64,000 nt of DNA from contig CM060732.1 in assembly GCA_030704615.1 (NCBI GenBank), positions 45,694,001 through 45,758,000 of the forward strand, in the 5' to 3' direction. Made by a program: the position numbers and the translations under genes. This DNA is from Takakia lepidozioides (taxonomy: Eukaryota; Plantae; Bryophyta). The notes beneath the pieces are model-generated. The model worked only from the letters and a program-made list of their open reading frames with translations. It made no database searches and had not been told where the DNA came from. Shown here piece by piece: positions 24,151-37,089 of the stretch. How positions within the stretch are numbered: the first letter of the stretch is position 1; every line of letters begins with the position of its first letter.

Positions 24151-24727
24151 CACTGTATTGACGCCGACAATATAAATAAAGATTCACTGTGCTTCACAAA
24201 ACATAGCCGATCAAGTTGTAACTCCGTTCACTACAAATAAATAATTCTCTTAGTTTTTTCACTGAAGAACTGGACCACTCCAGAAATGATTTATTATTCA
24301 GATTGCTGAAACAAATCGAGAGCTCTTCGCCCTTCGTCTGTTTCTAACTCTCTTTCAGTGCATCGCAAAGTGGGACAAGTAGCTCTACCAAAGTTAGGCT
24401 CATCAGAAAGTATATCTACGCCATTCACAAATATGTGCATATACATTACAGTGCTACAAACTGCTGCCATGAAGTTTCTCTCTTGAAAACTATCCCAGCC
24501 ACTAAACTCACCTCTAAAGCATGGTATCACTATACTTGAGTTGGTTGCATGATGACGCCTCACATAGTCAATAATACCCCTCTTTGCATGAAGATATTTA
24601 CATCCCCACTTGTAGTATTCTTCATACTCTGTACACTCTGTTACCTCAATGCAAACTGTCATAAAAATAATCTACAGCAAAACCACTTCACATCTGTATA
24701 CCAGTCCGACAAATACTAGGGACCTGT

Positions 24728-27064
24728 TCACAGCTCTCTCAACATGGTGTCAAAGCCCTTCGAACTGAACCAACTCAAAAACCAGCGCCCCACACTCGAC
24801 ACAATTGGGGAGACCACCGGGGAGAAGAATTGTGCTATGTAAGGTAGTGCAGGGAAAGCCAGGGCGCCCAGTATGAACCAGTTAAAACACAGGAGGGCAA
24901 CAGCTTGAAAACCTTGCTTGCTCTGAATTTTTGTGAAGAACTGAACCACATTGGCCAAAGACATTCCCACCACAATAAAGAGAGCAATCACCAATGGCAT
25001 GCATGTATCCTGCAGGTTGACGAAATGTCATAAGAGTTAGGTGATGTCTAAGTAGATTTCCACCAGCATACGTCAGTACTTCCCTCCAGATCTTGGGGGA
25101 CTTTTTCACTTCGCAGACATGTGTCTGAGAGAAGCACAACTAACAGACTTTCCCAGGCAATTTCCTGGAGCTACAAGACACTTCTCACTAAATCCAACAA
25201 AGATATTAGAAAACTTTTCCTGTACCATGTATATTTTACATCCTGGAACCACCACAAGCAGCTAAAAATATACAAAAATACCGACTATACCTGCAAACAA
25301 GATAAAAGGATCGCTCTCTAGGTCTCTCTTTTCTGTGACACCAAAGATTAACCCCATCAAACAAGAAGGTATTATAGGACCACCTGAGCCTCCCATCCGA
25401 TCACCCCAACCAGGGTTGAAAGCATGGCACTGAATACACTTGAACCCAAAGCCACACCCCACTGTAAGTCATCCACCACAGGAACCTTTGGGCCTCCGGA
25501 GTCATTATGTAGGGACCTGGAAGAGTGAACATGGCTTGACAAGTGCCTTCTTTCTTGGGTGTCCTGCAGAGGTTTTCTTGCAAGATCCTGAACCTGCACT
25601 GAGTACATGGTACTGTCTTTGTCCTCCTGCGGCGAGAGTCTGTTCGGAGTCTCCTCTGTTGCCAGACCTGCAGCAACTGAAGCGGCAGCTGCAGCCCCTC
25701 TCCGCAATTCCTCTTCATGCTGTATCAGATGATAGTTCTTGCTTTCTAGGTCCTTCACCTACAACAAGTGGTATCAAATGCCAAGTTTGTGGCTCATCAT
25801 ACATATCCTAAGGCAATCCCTCTTCAGGTTTCTAGGCGCTGCATACCAGAATAGTTTCACCAGCTGGATGCAGCTACGGTTAATCGGGACTCAAAACTGA
25901 ACTTGATGACTGTCGGATGTAGCATAAATTTTGTCTGCACCTTTGCAGGGCCACTCCATAAGCCAAACATCTACTGGTTTCTGGGTGCTGCATATCCAGA
26001 ATAGTATCACCAGTTGGATGTAGCTATGGTTGATTGGGTCCCAAAACTGGATTTGATGACTGTCAGATATAGCTTAAGTTTTTTCTGCACTTCCGCATTG
26101 CCACTATTCAGAGGGAAGAAAACTGTAATCATCTTAATCCGGTTACAGCATGGAACATCAAAATAACAACCCAGAAGTTTTGGGAAAAAGCACTTCAACA
26201 AAAAATGCTTTCCAGAATCGTTATTCCTATGCCCCTAGCCCCAGCAAAGATTACCTGCAACGTTAACATGTTTTCTGCATCTGCTACACTTAGGTTTGAA
26301 GTTAGATTCTCTATTGACCAGCTTGACAAACCAGACTACTTCTCATTCTCTTCCCAACCACCTTGAGATGCTCAAAATGAGCCTGGATGGGAAGTTGCCT
26401 ACCCTGGTTCTCAGAGCTTTGAGGTTCTCTGATGCCTTCTTTCTGCCTGCAGTTACTACGTCCAGCATGTCCACTATCCGACTGCGATCCTTCACGAACA
26501 TATCCAGTTTTCTTTGGAGCTCCTTGTTCTGTAGGGTGGCATCTTCATAGTCGACTTGCAAAGAATGCAGATGTACCTCCAGCTGCAAATCAAGTTGAGT
26601 TTCTCAAGTAACAATCAAGCATATGATGTGGAACAGGCAAAAATCCAGAATGCTCTTCATGTACAGAGCCAGCTTAAGAAATAGAGGGGAGGAGAGAAGA
26701 GAAAAGTAGAGAGAGACAGGCTGGACAAAGGGAACATTGATTAATGCCTGCCCCTGGATGGGTACCACTCCCCCAACAACATCCACAATACAAGATCCGG
26801 AGGAAAGCTAAACTGCCTCAAGGTAAACTCAGAAAAGAAAACTCTGATGTCACCAACCTCTCGTTCTCGGTGGACTGCTGTCAGCAACCGGAAAGGAGTG
26901 TAAAGAAGCTCGTATGCCCAGGCCAGTACAACACTCCATACCGAAATATGCAAGTACAATGAGAGCCAGAAAAGCCGACACCAAGGGCGTGTTACCCTCC
27001 CAATAACATTTGAGCTGAGCGACCATAGCAGCCCTATCATCCCTCTCTCTCTTTGCCTATTCAT
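24728..27064 (-). CDS. Conserved plant coiled-coil protein with C-terminal transmembrane segments (At5g45310-like), about 347 aa; exons 27064-26858, 26582-26403, 25758-25384, 25009-24728
   Basis: Four phase-0 exons with GT-AG borders, a heptad-rich middle, and WEAQDTCMPLVIALFIVVGMSL...AVALLCFNWFILG. Family assignment is recalled, not searched. Confidence 0.8.
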
Positions 27065-28049
27065 TCACGTTCTTTCAGCCCTCCTCCCCTTTGTATGGAT
27101 ATCTGGATTCCACAACATTCGCCAGAGTATCAGACAGCAAAGTGGGCGTGAAAAAGTGGAGCTCCATGATAACAAAACTTGTTGTCACCAAGGATTCTTT
27201 GATTCAGTCTCAGTATGGCTGTCACTTTATGTACAACAAGTGGAAACAAACTACATATCACAAAAGAGGTAGTTAGAACTATTTTGCTAACTAGGGAGGA
27301 AGTTAAGTTTGTTCTTCTCACGAAACCCACTTCATTCACTTTGTGATGTTATATGTTATTCAATTATGGATAACGGAGGCACAAAGAGTTACACAGCCTT
27401 TTTACCCAGCTTCATATTCTTTGATAGAATTGCACACACCAATTATGAGGTTGTTACATTCACTGTTGTCATGACCTCCTCAGAATTCACTAATCTGCTG
27501 CTGTGTTTCAAACGGAATAACAACACACCAGAGGAAAAAGGAAGGGAGAGTGGAGACATGGCATTCACTCCGCAACTAAGCGCTACAAATTGGAGACCAG
27601 TCAGGATTGAGGGTCTTAAGATGACACCTGGAATCTTTTTTTGGTGAAAAGAAAGATTCAGAAAAGCTAAAAGGCAGAGAAAGGGTGTGACAAAAAAACA
27701 AGCAAACCTTTAGGCGTCATTCAAACTCAATAGAGACCGGAGGAGGACATCATGGGCCTGCGCCGCCGAGGGCGGCAACAAAGGAAGCAGAGACACAAGC
27801 AGCACAGGGAGCACCAAAATGATGGGCCCCGCATGAGTGGTCCCCTTTCAGACCTTCACCAACCCCTGAATCCTGCCAAACAGAATCTCTATTAACCCAA
27901 ATATGCTTCATACTCACTTTCACTTGTTGTGTATATTTCTAGCCCATGGTCCACCTTGGGTCTGAAGACTGGGAAGAAAACTCGAGTTATAGTGGGCAGT
28001 ATATAGTCAACTTCACATAATACAGGCAAATCCCTCTTCAGCATATTTG

Positions 28050-28700
28050 CTATATGGGTTCTAGTTGGCGCTCTCCTCCCATCCCTCCCCGCCTGTTTCT
28101 GCTCAATCCAAACCCCGCAAGGTCTTAGGCCACAAGGCTATGGCAAGCATAGTCTAATGAGCTCACTCTCTCTCTAAATGCAGGGCAGAGTGTCTACCTT
28201 TGAACAACAAACAGATGCAGAGTGGAAAGGAGAGTGTCAATGCCTGATGTGCAGGCAATATCCATCTGCTGATACACTGTCCGAGGTATTCTCATCAGAG
28301 AGCAACCCTCTTCAGAACATAGTCCTTGCACCTCTGTTCACCAATTTTCAAAATCTTCAGGCTGAGCCTAAAGCCCTGGCCCTGTTGGGGTCCAATTGTT
28401 GGGCAGCTCACACACAGCAAATTGATGCTTGTGTGAAGGGAATTCTAGAGAAAATGTGGAAAGCCCGAACCAGTTGTTTATACCAAGGTAAGTCCCACTA
28501 CTGGGGTAAGCCCCTCACAAAGATAGAGTCCGTTCCCTCTTGTTCAGCCCAAACTGGACGCGGGACATTTGGCCACAAGGATACGGCAAACAAAGCCTTA
28601 CGAGTATTTTCTCTCTGGGAGCCAGGAAGGCCCAAACACTATTCACCATCCAGTGCCTTTGATAAAGAAGTTATCATGCTTTCATCGAAAGGATAATTCT
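28050..28700 (+). mobile_element. Probable LINE 3'-end remnant; homologous (inverted) to 44400-44990
   Basis: ORF 28178-28696 has CxxC...LLGS...MWKAR, resembling a LINE ORF2 C-terminus. Long stretches align with the reverse complement of 44400-44990. Confidence 0.55.
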
Positions 28701-29739
28701 TACTTGAGCATGAGGCAGATACCAAGGGTTGTTCACATTTCTCGAAAACGTTAACACAGAGATGAGCACGTACAGTAGTTCAAGACTCACTTACTCACTA
28801 CAACGGGTGTGCAACACATTGGCTCCTTACCCCAGTAATGAGCAAAGAAAAAGCCCAAGCATTCAGAATGACCCAAATCCTTCACCAAGCAGAGGCGGAA
28901 GAGCTTTTCCGAGTACATCATTCACCAAATCATCCCAGGCAGTTAAGATAGTTCAGAGATGTAACAAAAAGATTTCAACCTCAGGGAACATCCACCCTAA
29001 GGCCCTGGAGATGCATCCTACTTCCGATGTCGATCAATTTCCACGGCGGAGAAAACTCCCAGACATGAAAACGTCTAAGGAAAACAGATTCCAAGAAAAA
29101 AACCCCCAACCATAGTATACTGCGCGAACCTCTAGCTGATCCACCCAACACGAGAGGAGAATCAAATTACACAGATACAGATTCGAGGGAGTACCAATAG
29201 AGATCGATCTGCGCTTAATCCTGTCCAGAGCTCCCGGGTTCGAAAGCACAAATCTGGCGAGTAGGCCTGCTTGCAATTTGCGATCACACACCGAGATCTT
29301 TCGTGACGACTGTCGTCCTCTCGAAAAGGTCCACCGAGTTGAATGCACTGCTATCCGGGATTTCACCGGGCCACCCCTCCGCCCGCCTACTTAGGTCCCC
29401 GTCCGTATTTTTCAAGACGTACGTACTTTTCGAAAGCATGTACCGCATGTCTGTGATGCACATCGAGTCCCAAGTCCCAACTTGCTCACACAATTTTGGG
29501 TCTGGAGCAAAATGAAGGATATATATAAGAATATATATATAATATGTCTCATTTTACAATATTAGCGTTGTTATGGCGCACGTGCGAGCTGAGCGGTGGG
29601 CCCCGCGCCGCCCAGCTGCGCCCACTCACCCCACGGCTGTAGCTGCCGCGCTTTTTGACGGATCATGTACTGTAGAGGTGGACCATGCCATCCAAAAAGA
29701 GCGCGTCGGTGGGTTGCAAGGAGAATCCGTCGTATGAGG

Positions 29740-31180
29740 ATGAAATACCCAAAATGACATGATTTCCTTCAGTATATCGACCAATATTGGGCCCCAAAAT
29801 AGCAATGTGGTGTACATCAGCGTGCCAGGTTCCTCATGTATTGTACATCTGGGACCAAAGTTGGTTTAATCCACTCGATAATGGTTTGTATTTTTTTCTG
29901 ATCCATAAAGACACATTTGTCGGAAATAATATAGCCCAGAAATTCGACCTCAGATTGATGAAAAAGATATTTTTCCAACTTGACATATAGTCATCTTTCT
30001 CTTAATTTATCAAGGACAAGGCGTACATGGTAGCCATGTTCTTCTTCATTCTGTGAAAATATCAAAATGTCGTCCAAATAGATGACTACAAAGTCCTCTA
30101 AAAATTCTTGAAAGATGTCATTCATCATATGCTGAAAAATTGCTTGAGCATTTGTAAGACCGAAAGGCATAATACTGTATTTAAAATGTCCATACCTTGT
30201 TCGAAAAACTGTTTTTCATTCGTCTCCTTCTTTTATCCGTACAAGATTATAAACTCATCTCAAGTCAATTTTAGTGAAAATCTTCGCTCATCCCAGCTGG
30301 TCGAGAAGCCTAGAAATCAGCGGCAACGGATAACAATTATTAATTGTGACTTTGTTGAGACCGCGATAGTCTACACACATGCGTAATGATTCATCCTTCT
30401 TTTTCCCAAACAAGATAGGCGCCCCCGCAGGTGATTTTGAATATTGGATGAAGTGCTTCGACAAATTTTCATCAATGTATTCACGTAATGCAGCCAACTC
30501 CGTCTGGGATAAGTTATAGATTGGGCCGAATGGTGGTTGGGCTCCTTCTTGTAACTCAATTGCACAGTCATAAAGTCGATGTTCTGACAATATGTCTGCA
30601 TTTTTCTTCTCGAAGACATCCTTGAAATCTTGATATTGAGTGGGTAATGTTGAAGTACCTTTGTCGGTTGTGGTCTTGATCGGAGTCGCATAAAGTGCAA
30701 ATGTCGCATCATTTTTTGTAGCTCTCATGAAAGCTCTAGCTCCAAGGAACAAGGTTGAATACTTTTAATATTTTCACATTTTTGTCTTGCAGAAATTTTT
30801 CGCGATCGCCAGTCGATGTCAGGATTGTGAAGTACGAACCACGGAAGTCCAAGGATCACAAGATTCGTTGGAGACTGGATGACGTTGAAAACAATATGTG
30901 ATGCTTGATTTTTAAGCTTCACTTCAAGTGGTCGAGTTTCATGATCAACATCTCCTGATGCTAACGGTCGTCCATCGATGACTTCAACGGGGGCCGAAAG
31001 TTTCTTCTTTACGAGGATTAAATTGTGTTGTTTCGCAAAAAATTTGACAATAAAACATGCTGAAGCCCCTGAGTCCAAAAGCGCTTCTACAAAGATATTT
31101 CGATTTTGCACTCTGATTTTTACCGGAACTATGAAGCAAGGTGCAGGGTTTGGAGGTAGAAAGAGACATTTTTTGGTTTC
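29740..31180 (-). mobile_element. Degraded Ty3/Gypsy protease-RT fragment (Tcn1-like chromovirus)
   Basis: ALLDSGASACF protease; [42 protein letters not shown] motifs; many stops. Confidence 0.85.
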
Positions 31181-31309
31181 CAGCCGCATGGTCCCTACTA
31201 TGACTGGACATCTTCGTTTTCCGACCTCCTCGTATCGAACACTTGAGTTGCGCCCCGAGCTTTTAATCTTGTCTTGTTGGGGTAGTTTAATGTTATATGA
31301 TCTTCTTCT

Positions 31310-31500
31310 CAAATGATTGCATATACTCAATCATGAACCCCATGGCCTCATCAAAAACATACCCTGCAGTCGTACTCCCTTCTGGTTTTGCGTAATTCCT
31401 AACATATCCCTTAAAATCTTTTATGTAACGCTCCATGGGATATATCCACCGTGAAGACACCAGATGAACAGTTTTGTTTATCTCCATAGAATACATCTAT
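31310..31500 (-). mobile_element. CACTA/En-Spm transposase fragment (DUF4218-like)
   Basis: RWIYPMERYIKDFKGYVRNYAKPEGS matches the conserved CACTA motif RWMYPxERY...YVRNRARPEGS. Confidence 0.8.
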
Positions 31501-31876
31501 GTGCTCACTTGTAACCACTAAAATGAATTAAAAAAAAAATCAAAGTGCAAAAGATTAAAAAAAAAACACATCGGCTGGTAAGTGCAGAATGTGTCGCCCT
31601 GGTGGTTCAGGGTTCAAACCCGCTGCATTACCCCATGTGTGGGATTGTTTGTGACGACGGTATGTCTGGGCGTTGATTCTCCTGTAGGTCTCATGGCCCA
31701 TAAATGAAAGGGGGTCAATTTTTCCCCCTCCTCAAGGGCCTGAGGTTTTTTTTTTTTTTAAATTTAATTTTTTTTTTGTTTATATGGTTTGTAAAAAGGT
31801 TTAAAAACTTAAAAAGTTGCCATCACGTATGTACAATATATACATACTTTTGGGGGGGAATTTCAAATGTGTGCAT

Positions 31877-31940
31877 GTAGCGTACTGGTAAAGGCTCTTC
31901 CTGCGTGTCGCGGGTTCAAACTCCTTGCGTTGTTTTTTTT
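31877..31940 (+). other. tRNA-derived Pol III promoter-like module (SINE-like)
   Basis: A-box-like TAGCGTACTGGT, B-box GGTTCAAACTCC, then a T-run. A second B-box GGTTCAAACCC lies at about 31611. Confidence 0.45.
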
Positions 31941-33519
31941 CCCCTCATGCACTAAGCCCCACTAAGCCCCACTAAGCCCTATTAAGCCCCACTAAGCCCT
32001 ATCGTTGTTGCGCACACTAAGTCCTCATGCAGGTTGGTCTTAGCAGGTCGTGTTTCAATCTCTGCTCGTTCAGCTGCACCGTGGTGGTTCTCATGGACAA
32101 TCCGACATTACCTGACTACAGACACAACCCCTGTATGGATCCTCTCATCTGTCTCTATTTGGTTGTTGGGGACTGGGGGTGTCCAAGTCGAGAACCCTCT
32201 TTCTTGCAGAACCATACTAGTTGACGCTGCTGCAGGTGGGGCGTCAGAAGGGCACTTGGACAATGGAGCCAACTGACTGGTGGTATCTGAGGTGATGTCC
32301 ATTGGTAAATTCTTCCCGGCAATGGGCCCTAACCCTAAGTGGTTCCGCCAAGTGAGGATAGCATCTGCTTCAGTTTGAGGAAGGTGGGCAGATTGCAATG
32401 TCCGTGGCACTGTAGCAACCAATTGAGATAAACCTAGCTATACTTATTGCAGAGCTACGTGACCACCTTTTCCTGCCGTCTGCGGTGGTGAAGGTAGCCG
32501 TGTTGCCAAGCCCAGGGCTTCTTCGGAAATGGGAAACTTGCTCCTGCCTGAAGTTCCAGGGTTTTGTGGCACTTGTCTACTAGCATCGACTCTTCGCAAG
32601 TCTCCGCTGGAGCTAGTCAGTGATAACCAATTTGGTCTCTGTACCGTTTGTGTTGTCTGTGCCTGCAAAAGAACCGCATGCTGGATGGGTACAGGTGATC
32701 CAGACGTGCTCACGGTTGTACCTGGAGTTCCAATGAGTGGATGAGGTTCTATCCAGCTTGGTGAGTCTCTTCTGACCAATGGGTCTAGGTTACAGCCTCC
32801 AAGACTGTCTCGTCTGTGAGCATCCTGGGTTGCATGAGATGATGCTAAACCAGGCGTTCCAGAACGAATTACTACAGCAGCACTACTAGCACCAAGGTGT
32901 TCTATAGTCAGTTTCCAGTCGCTGCCATCGTTATCTGATGCATATCCGGTTAGGTGGAAAAGCATTGGCCATTGGGACTGTGAAAAGGAAACCGGTTGCT
33001 TGAGTCGACTTTCAGGTCCATTTGGGTTCATGGTCTGTCAAATCCTCCATGGGTCATGACACAAGGTCAACGACAATGTGGTGAGGGAGGGCACCTTCTT
33101 CTTTGACCTATTTCAGCCTGTTTTGCCCTCTCATCAGACTCGGCCCTGAATTTGCAGCACGGAGCAGAGCTCGCATGAGTTTTTTATAGATCCTTCACGA
33201 TGGTGGGATAATCGCAATCGCAAGGTGTGGCTTTTTCTTAATGTAGGATGTGAAGAAGTTTGTCCATCCTGCAAATGTGGGCTTTTGGCTCCTGTTAGTA
33301 CCATGATTTGGTATTCTTTCTGATGTTTACAAGGTTATTGGGAGAGTCAGCTTGGTCTTAGCAAGTCGTGTTTCAATCTCTGCTCACTTAGCTGCACCAT
33401 GGTGGTTCTCATGGACCAATGCGATGTTTTTTTTTTCCCTCAAGCACTAAGCCCCACTAAGCCCTATCGCTGCTGCGCACTTGAGTCCTCGCTGATGTTT
33501 ACAAGGTTCTTGGGAGAGT

Positions 33520-35420
33520 CAGCTTGGTCCAGGGTATGCACGGCAGGGACGTAGGATGGAGGCTTTGGAGACCTATGAGCAAAGGATGGGGGAAGCACAT
33601 CATGTTTGTGTGCATTTGCAATGCTTGTGCAAGCCTGGCAGCCCTGGAGAAGAGCAAGAGGTGCATGGGGATATCATCAAAGCTGGAATTGTGCCAAATG
33701 TCAATCTGAACATTGCCCTGGCAGCTTTGGAAAAGGGGAAAGAGGTCCATGGCGTCATCTTCAGAGCTGGAATTGTATCAAATGTCATTCTGAATAATAC
33801 CCTGGTGAACATGTTTGCAAAATGTGGGTGCATCTAGGATGCAAAGGGAGTGTTTGACACTATGGCTGAACGAGATGTGGTGTCTCGGAGTGTGATGCTT
33901 GCAGGGTATGCACGGCAGGGACGTGGGATGATGGGGGAAGGGGTGAAGACCGCTGACATAAGGTTTGTGTGTGTTTGCAGTGTGTCTAGCAGCCCTGGAA
34001 AAGGACAAAGAGATCCCTGGTGACATGATCAAATCTGCAATTGTTCCAGATGTCATCCTGAACACTGCTCTGGTGGCCATGTATGCCAAATATGGTAGCA
34101 TTGAGGATGCCAAAGGAGTGTTCAACACTATGGCTGAATGAGATGTGGTGTTGTGGAATGTGATGCTTGCAGGGTGTGCAGAGCAGGGGCGCTGGATGGG
34201 GCTTTGGAGACCTGAGAGCAAATGATGGGGGAAGGGGTGAAGTTCGACCACATCATGTTTGTGTGCGATTGCAGTGCGTGTGCAAGCCTGGCAACCCTGG
34301 AAAAGGGCATCGGAGGTGCATGGTTGCATCACCAAAGCTGGAAATGTACCAAATGGATCAATAGCTACAAGAAACCTGCATGGGTAGATGGTCAACTAGA
34401 AGCCGCAGCAGCAGAGACACAATGATAAACTCAGGCACTGGTAATGAAGGCATCTTCTTCAACACATTTCATCCTGTTTTTCCCTCTTATCAGAATCGGC
34501 CCTAAATTTTCATGTTGAATTCTGCAAGTTAGCTGGTTGAGTGAGCCTTTGATAGTTTGGAGCGACTTTGACATGATACTGCCAATGTGACAACAGGGAA
34601 GTATCCAGAAACAGGTAACAGCTGAGACGAGGAGAAGTTGTGGAATAAATATTTTTCTAACCCCAGTCAATGGTGGGACAACCGAGGCAAAAAGGTAAAT
34701 GTCTGTCAGATTATCAGAATTCTGAACAATGTCTCTGCCCTGGTGGACATGTAGGCCAAATGTGGATGCATCGAGAATGCCAAGAGAGTGTTCAACACTA
34801 TGGCTGAACGAGATGTGATGTCGTGGAGTGCGATGCTTGCAGGGTTCGCACAGCAAAGGTGCGGGATAGAGGCTTTGGAGACCTATGAGCAAATGATGGG
34901 GGAAGGGGTGAAGCCCGCCGACATAACGTTTGTGTGCGGTTTGTAGTGCGTCTGGCAGACCTAGAAAATGGCAAAGAGATCAATGGTGACATCATCAAAT
35001 CTGCAATTGTACCAGATGTCATCCTGAACACTGCTCTGGTGGACATGTATGCCAAATGTGGGAGCATTGAGGATGCCAAGGGAGTTTTCAACACTATGGC
35101 TGAACGAGATGTGGTGTCGTGGAGCGCGATGCTTGTAGGGTGTGCACAACAGGGGCATGGGATGGAGGCTTTGGAGACCTATGAGCAAATGATGGGGGAA
35201 GGGGTGAAGCCCAACCGCATCACGTTTGTGTGCAGCTCCAGATTACCTATGATTCTTTGTGGATCAATATCTACTACCAACCTGCATGGGTAGATGGTCA
35301 ACTAGAAGCTGCAGCAGCAGTGGCACAATTGATAAAATCAGGCACTGCTAATGAAGGCACATTCTTCAACACATTCCACTCTGTTTTTACCTCTTATCAG
35401 AATCGGCCATGCTGAATTCT
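33520..35420 (+). pseudogene. Tandem array of decayed PLS-class PPR fragments
   Basis: Repeated NTALVDMYAKCGSIEDAKGVFNTMAERDVVSW / ALETYEQMMGEGVKP units (best preserved in ORF 34934-35293), many stops and frameshifts. A tail is duplicated at 34360-34730 and 35260-35610. Confidence 0.9.
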
Positions 35421-36309
35421 TCAAGTTAGCTGGTTGAGTGAACCTTTGATAGTTTGGAGTGACTGACATGATACTGCCAATGTGACAACAAAAAGTATCC
35501 AGAAACAGGTAACAGAGATAAGGAGAAGCTGTGGAATGAATACTTTTATGACCCCAGTCAATGGTGGGACGATCAAGGCAAGAAGGTGAATGCCCGTTGG
35601 ATTATAGAGAATAGCAAATGCAATTGAGCATAGGAACTAGTGTGATAAGTAGGGTTGGGGTGTTTGATGGAACAACTCTAGGCTGTCATTGTCAGCTGCT
35701 AGCAGCAAGCCAAAGATGAATGTCCGATTGTAGGATGACATACCCTATTGCTGAAATCTAGCCCTTTTGGATGAATTTGGACCTTCAGCTATCCATGGAT
35801 TACAAAGAGTAGTAGATGCAATTGAGCATAGGAACTAGAGTGATAAGTTGAGTTGGGTATTTCCTAGAACAGATGTAGGTTGTCATTGTCAGCTGCTAGC
35901 AGCAAGGCAAGGATGTATGCATGGTTTGTGCATAGGCATGGATAGCTGAAGGAGCAAGGATGGAGTGTGGGTCCAGATTCATCCAAGAGGGCCGGATTTC
36001 AAGCATAAGGTTACCTATGATTCCATGTGGATCAATAGCTACAAGAAACCTACATGGGTAGATATCTATCACTGACCAAAAGGCACAAAGTAGTTCAACT
36101 TTTAGCATGCCTACGGAGACATAGTGTAGATATAGTTTGTCACCATTTATCATGACTGGATTTTGTTGACTCTGTTCCAACACTTACTGTCTTGGATTTT
36201 ATTCTGTTTTTTGAATGGTGAATCTTCAAGAGTATTTGAATTTGCAGATTCACTTCGAATGTATGGGAATTGTAGGAGAATTATATGGGAATGTATAAAT
36301 CACTTACAC

Positions 36310-37072
36310 ACCACTCTGTCAGTGGTATATGTAAGACTGTGATAGTATGCAAGAGCAGTTGTACTCCTCTAGATGTAGCCCCAATCACTTACATAGCACT
36401 CTGGTAGTAATAATTCAAAAACATGGTTTCTATTTAGTGGGACACACTCGATCACTACATCAATACTGGTAGAACCACTTCGTCAGTGGTTTTAGCACAC
36501 AACCTAACCACTACATTGATACTCGTAGCACCACTCCGTAAGTGGTTCTATTAGAACCACACATTCAGTGATAATATACATTGTTTATTCTCGAATCATG
36601 ACTATTAGAGTCATTTAAGTCTCACTCACAAAGTTGCTTGTGAAGTCATTGCATTTTTCAGCACATCCCTAAAATAGGGCACGTGCTCATTTGCAATATC
36701 GCCACGTGTCCAGATAATGGAGCCCATAATCGTCTAACTGGATTCGGCCACGTGTCCATATGGATATGGACACGTGTCCGTCCATTGCTAAGTATGATCG
36801 ACGGAGTTGCTGCGTCCACGTCGCATACGGTGGAAGTGGTTTATGTTTTAAAGTGGTTAGTTTACCACTGTGACACGTAAGCGAACAGCTAGACTCGGAG
36901 GCAAGTGATCGTAACCACTGTCTTTAACCACTTTGGACATGTCATGTCTTTAACCACTGCTGAGTCAAGATCCAGTGGTTCTAGACCATTCTGGGGCCAG
37001 AGTGGTTGGGTGTCTTTTCCCACTCAAAATGAGTGGTTGCCAGAGTGGTTATTCCGCGTTTTTCCTCTAGTG
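36310..37072 (-). mobile_element. CACTA transposon terminus with subterminal repeats
   Basis: Ends TTTTCCTCTAGTG (reverse complement CACTAGAGGAAAA) at 37072; numerous ACCACT/AGTGGT repeats in both orientations. Confidence 0.7.
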
Positions 37073-37089
37073 TTTTAGTCTCGCCAAAC

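Noticed and set aside
24294-24662. 122-aa minus-strand ORF
   Set aside because: No recognisable motif; lies in the probable 3' UTR of the coiled-coil gene.
31570-31940. Functional tRNA genes
   Set aside because: Only A/B-box-like motifs; no complete cloverleaf.
31950-32000. Interstitial telomere repeat or CRISPR-like array
   Set aside because: The unit is a 10-bp CCCCACTAAG, not TTTAGGG, and there are no spacers; it is a minisatellite in eukaryotic DNA.
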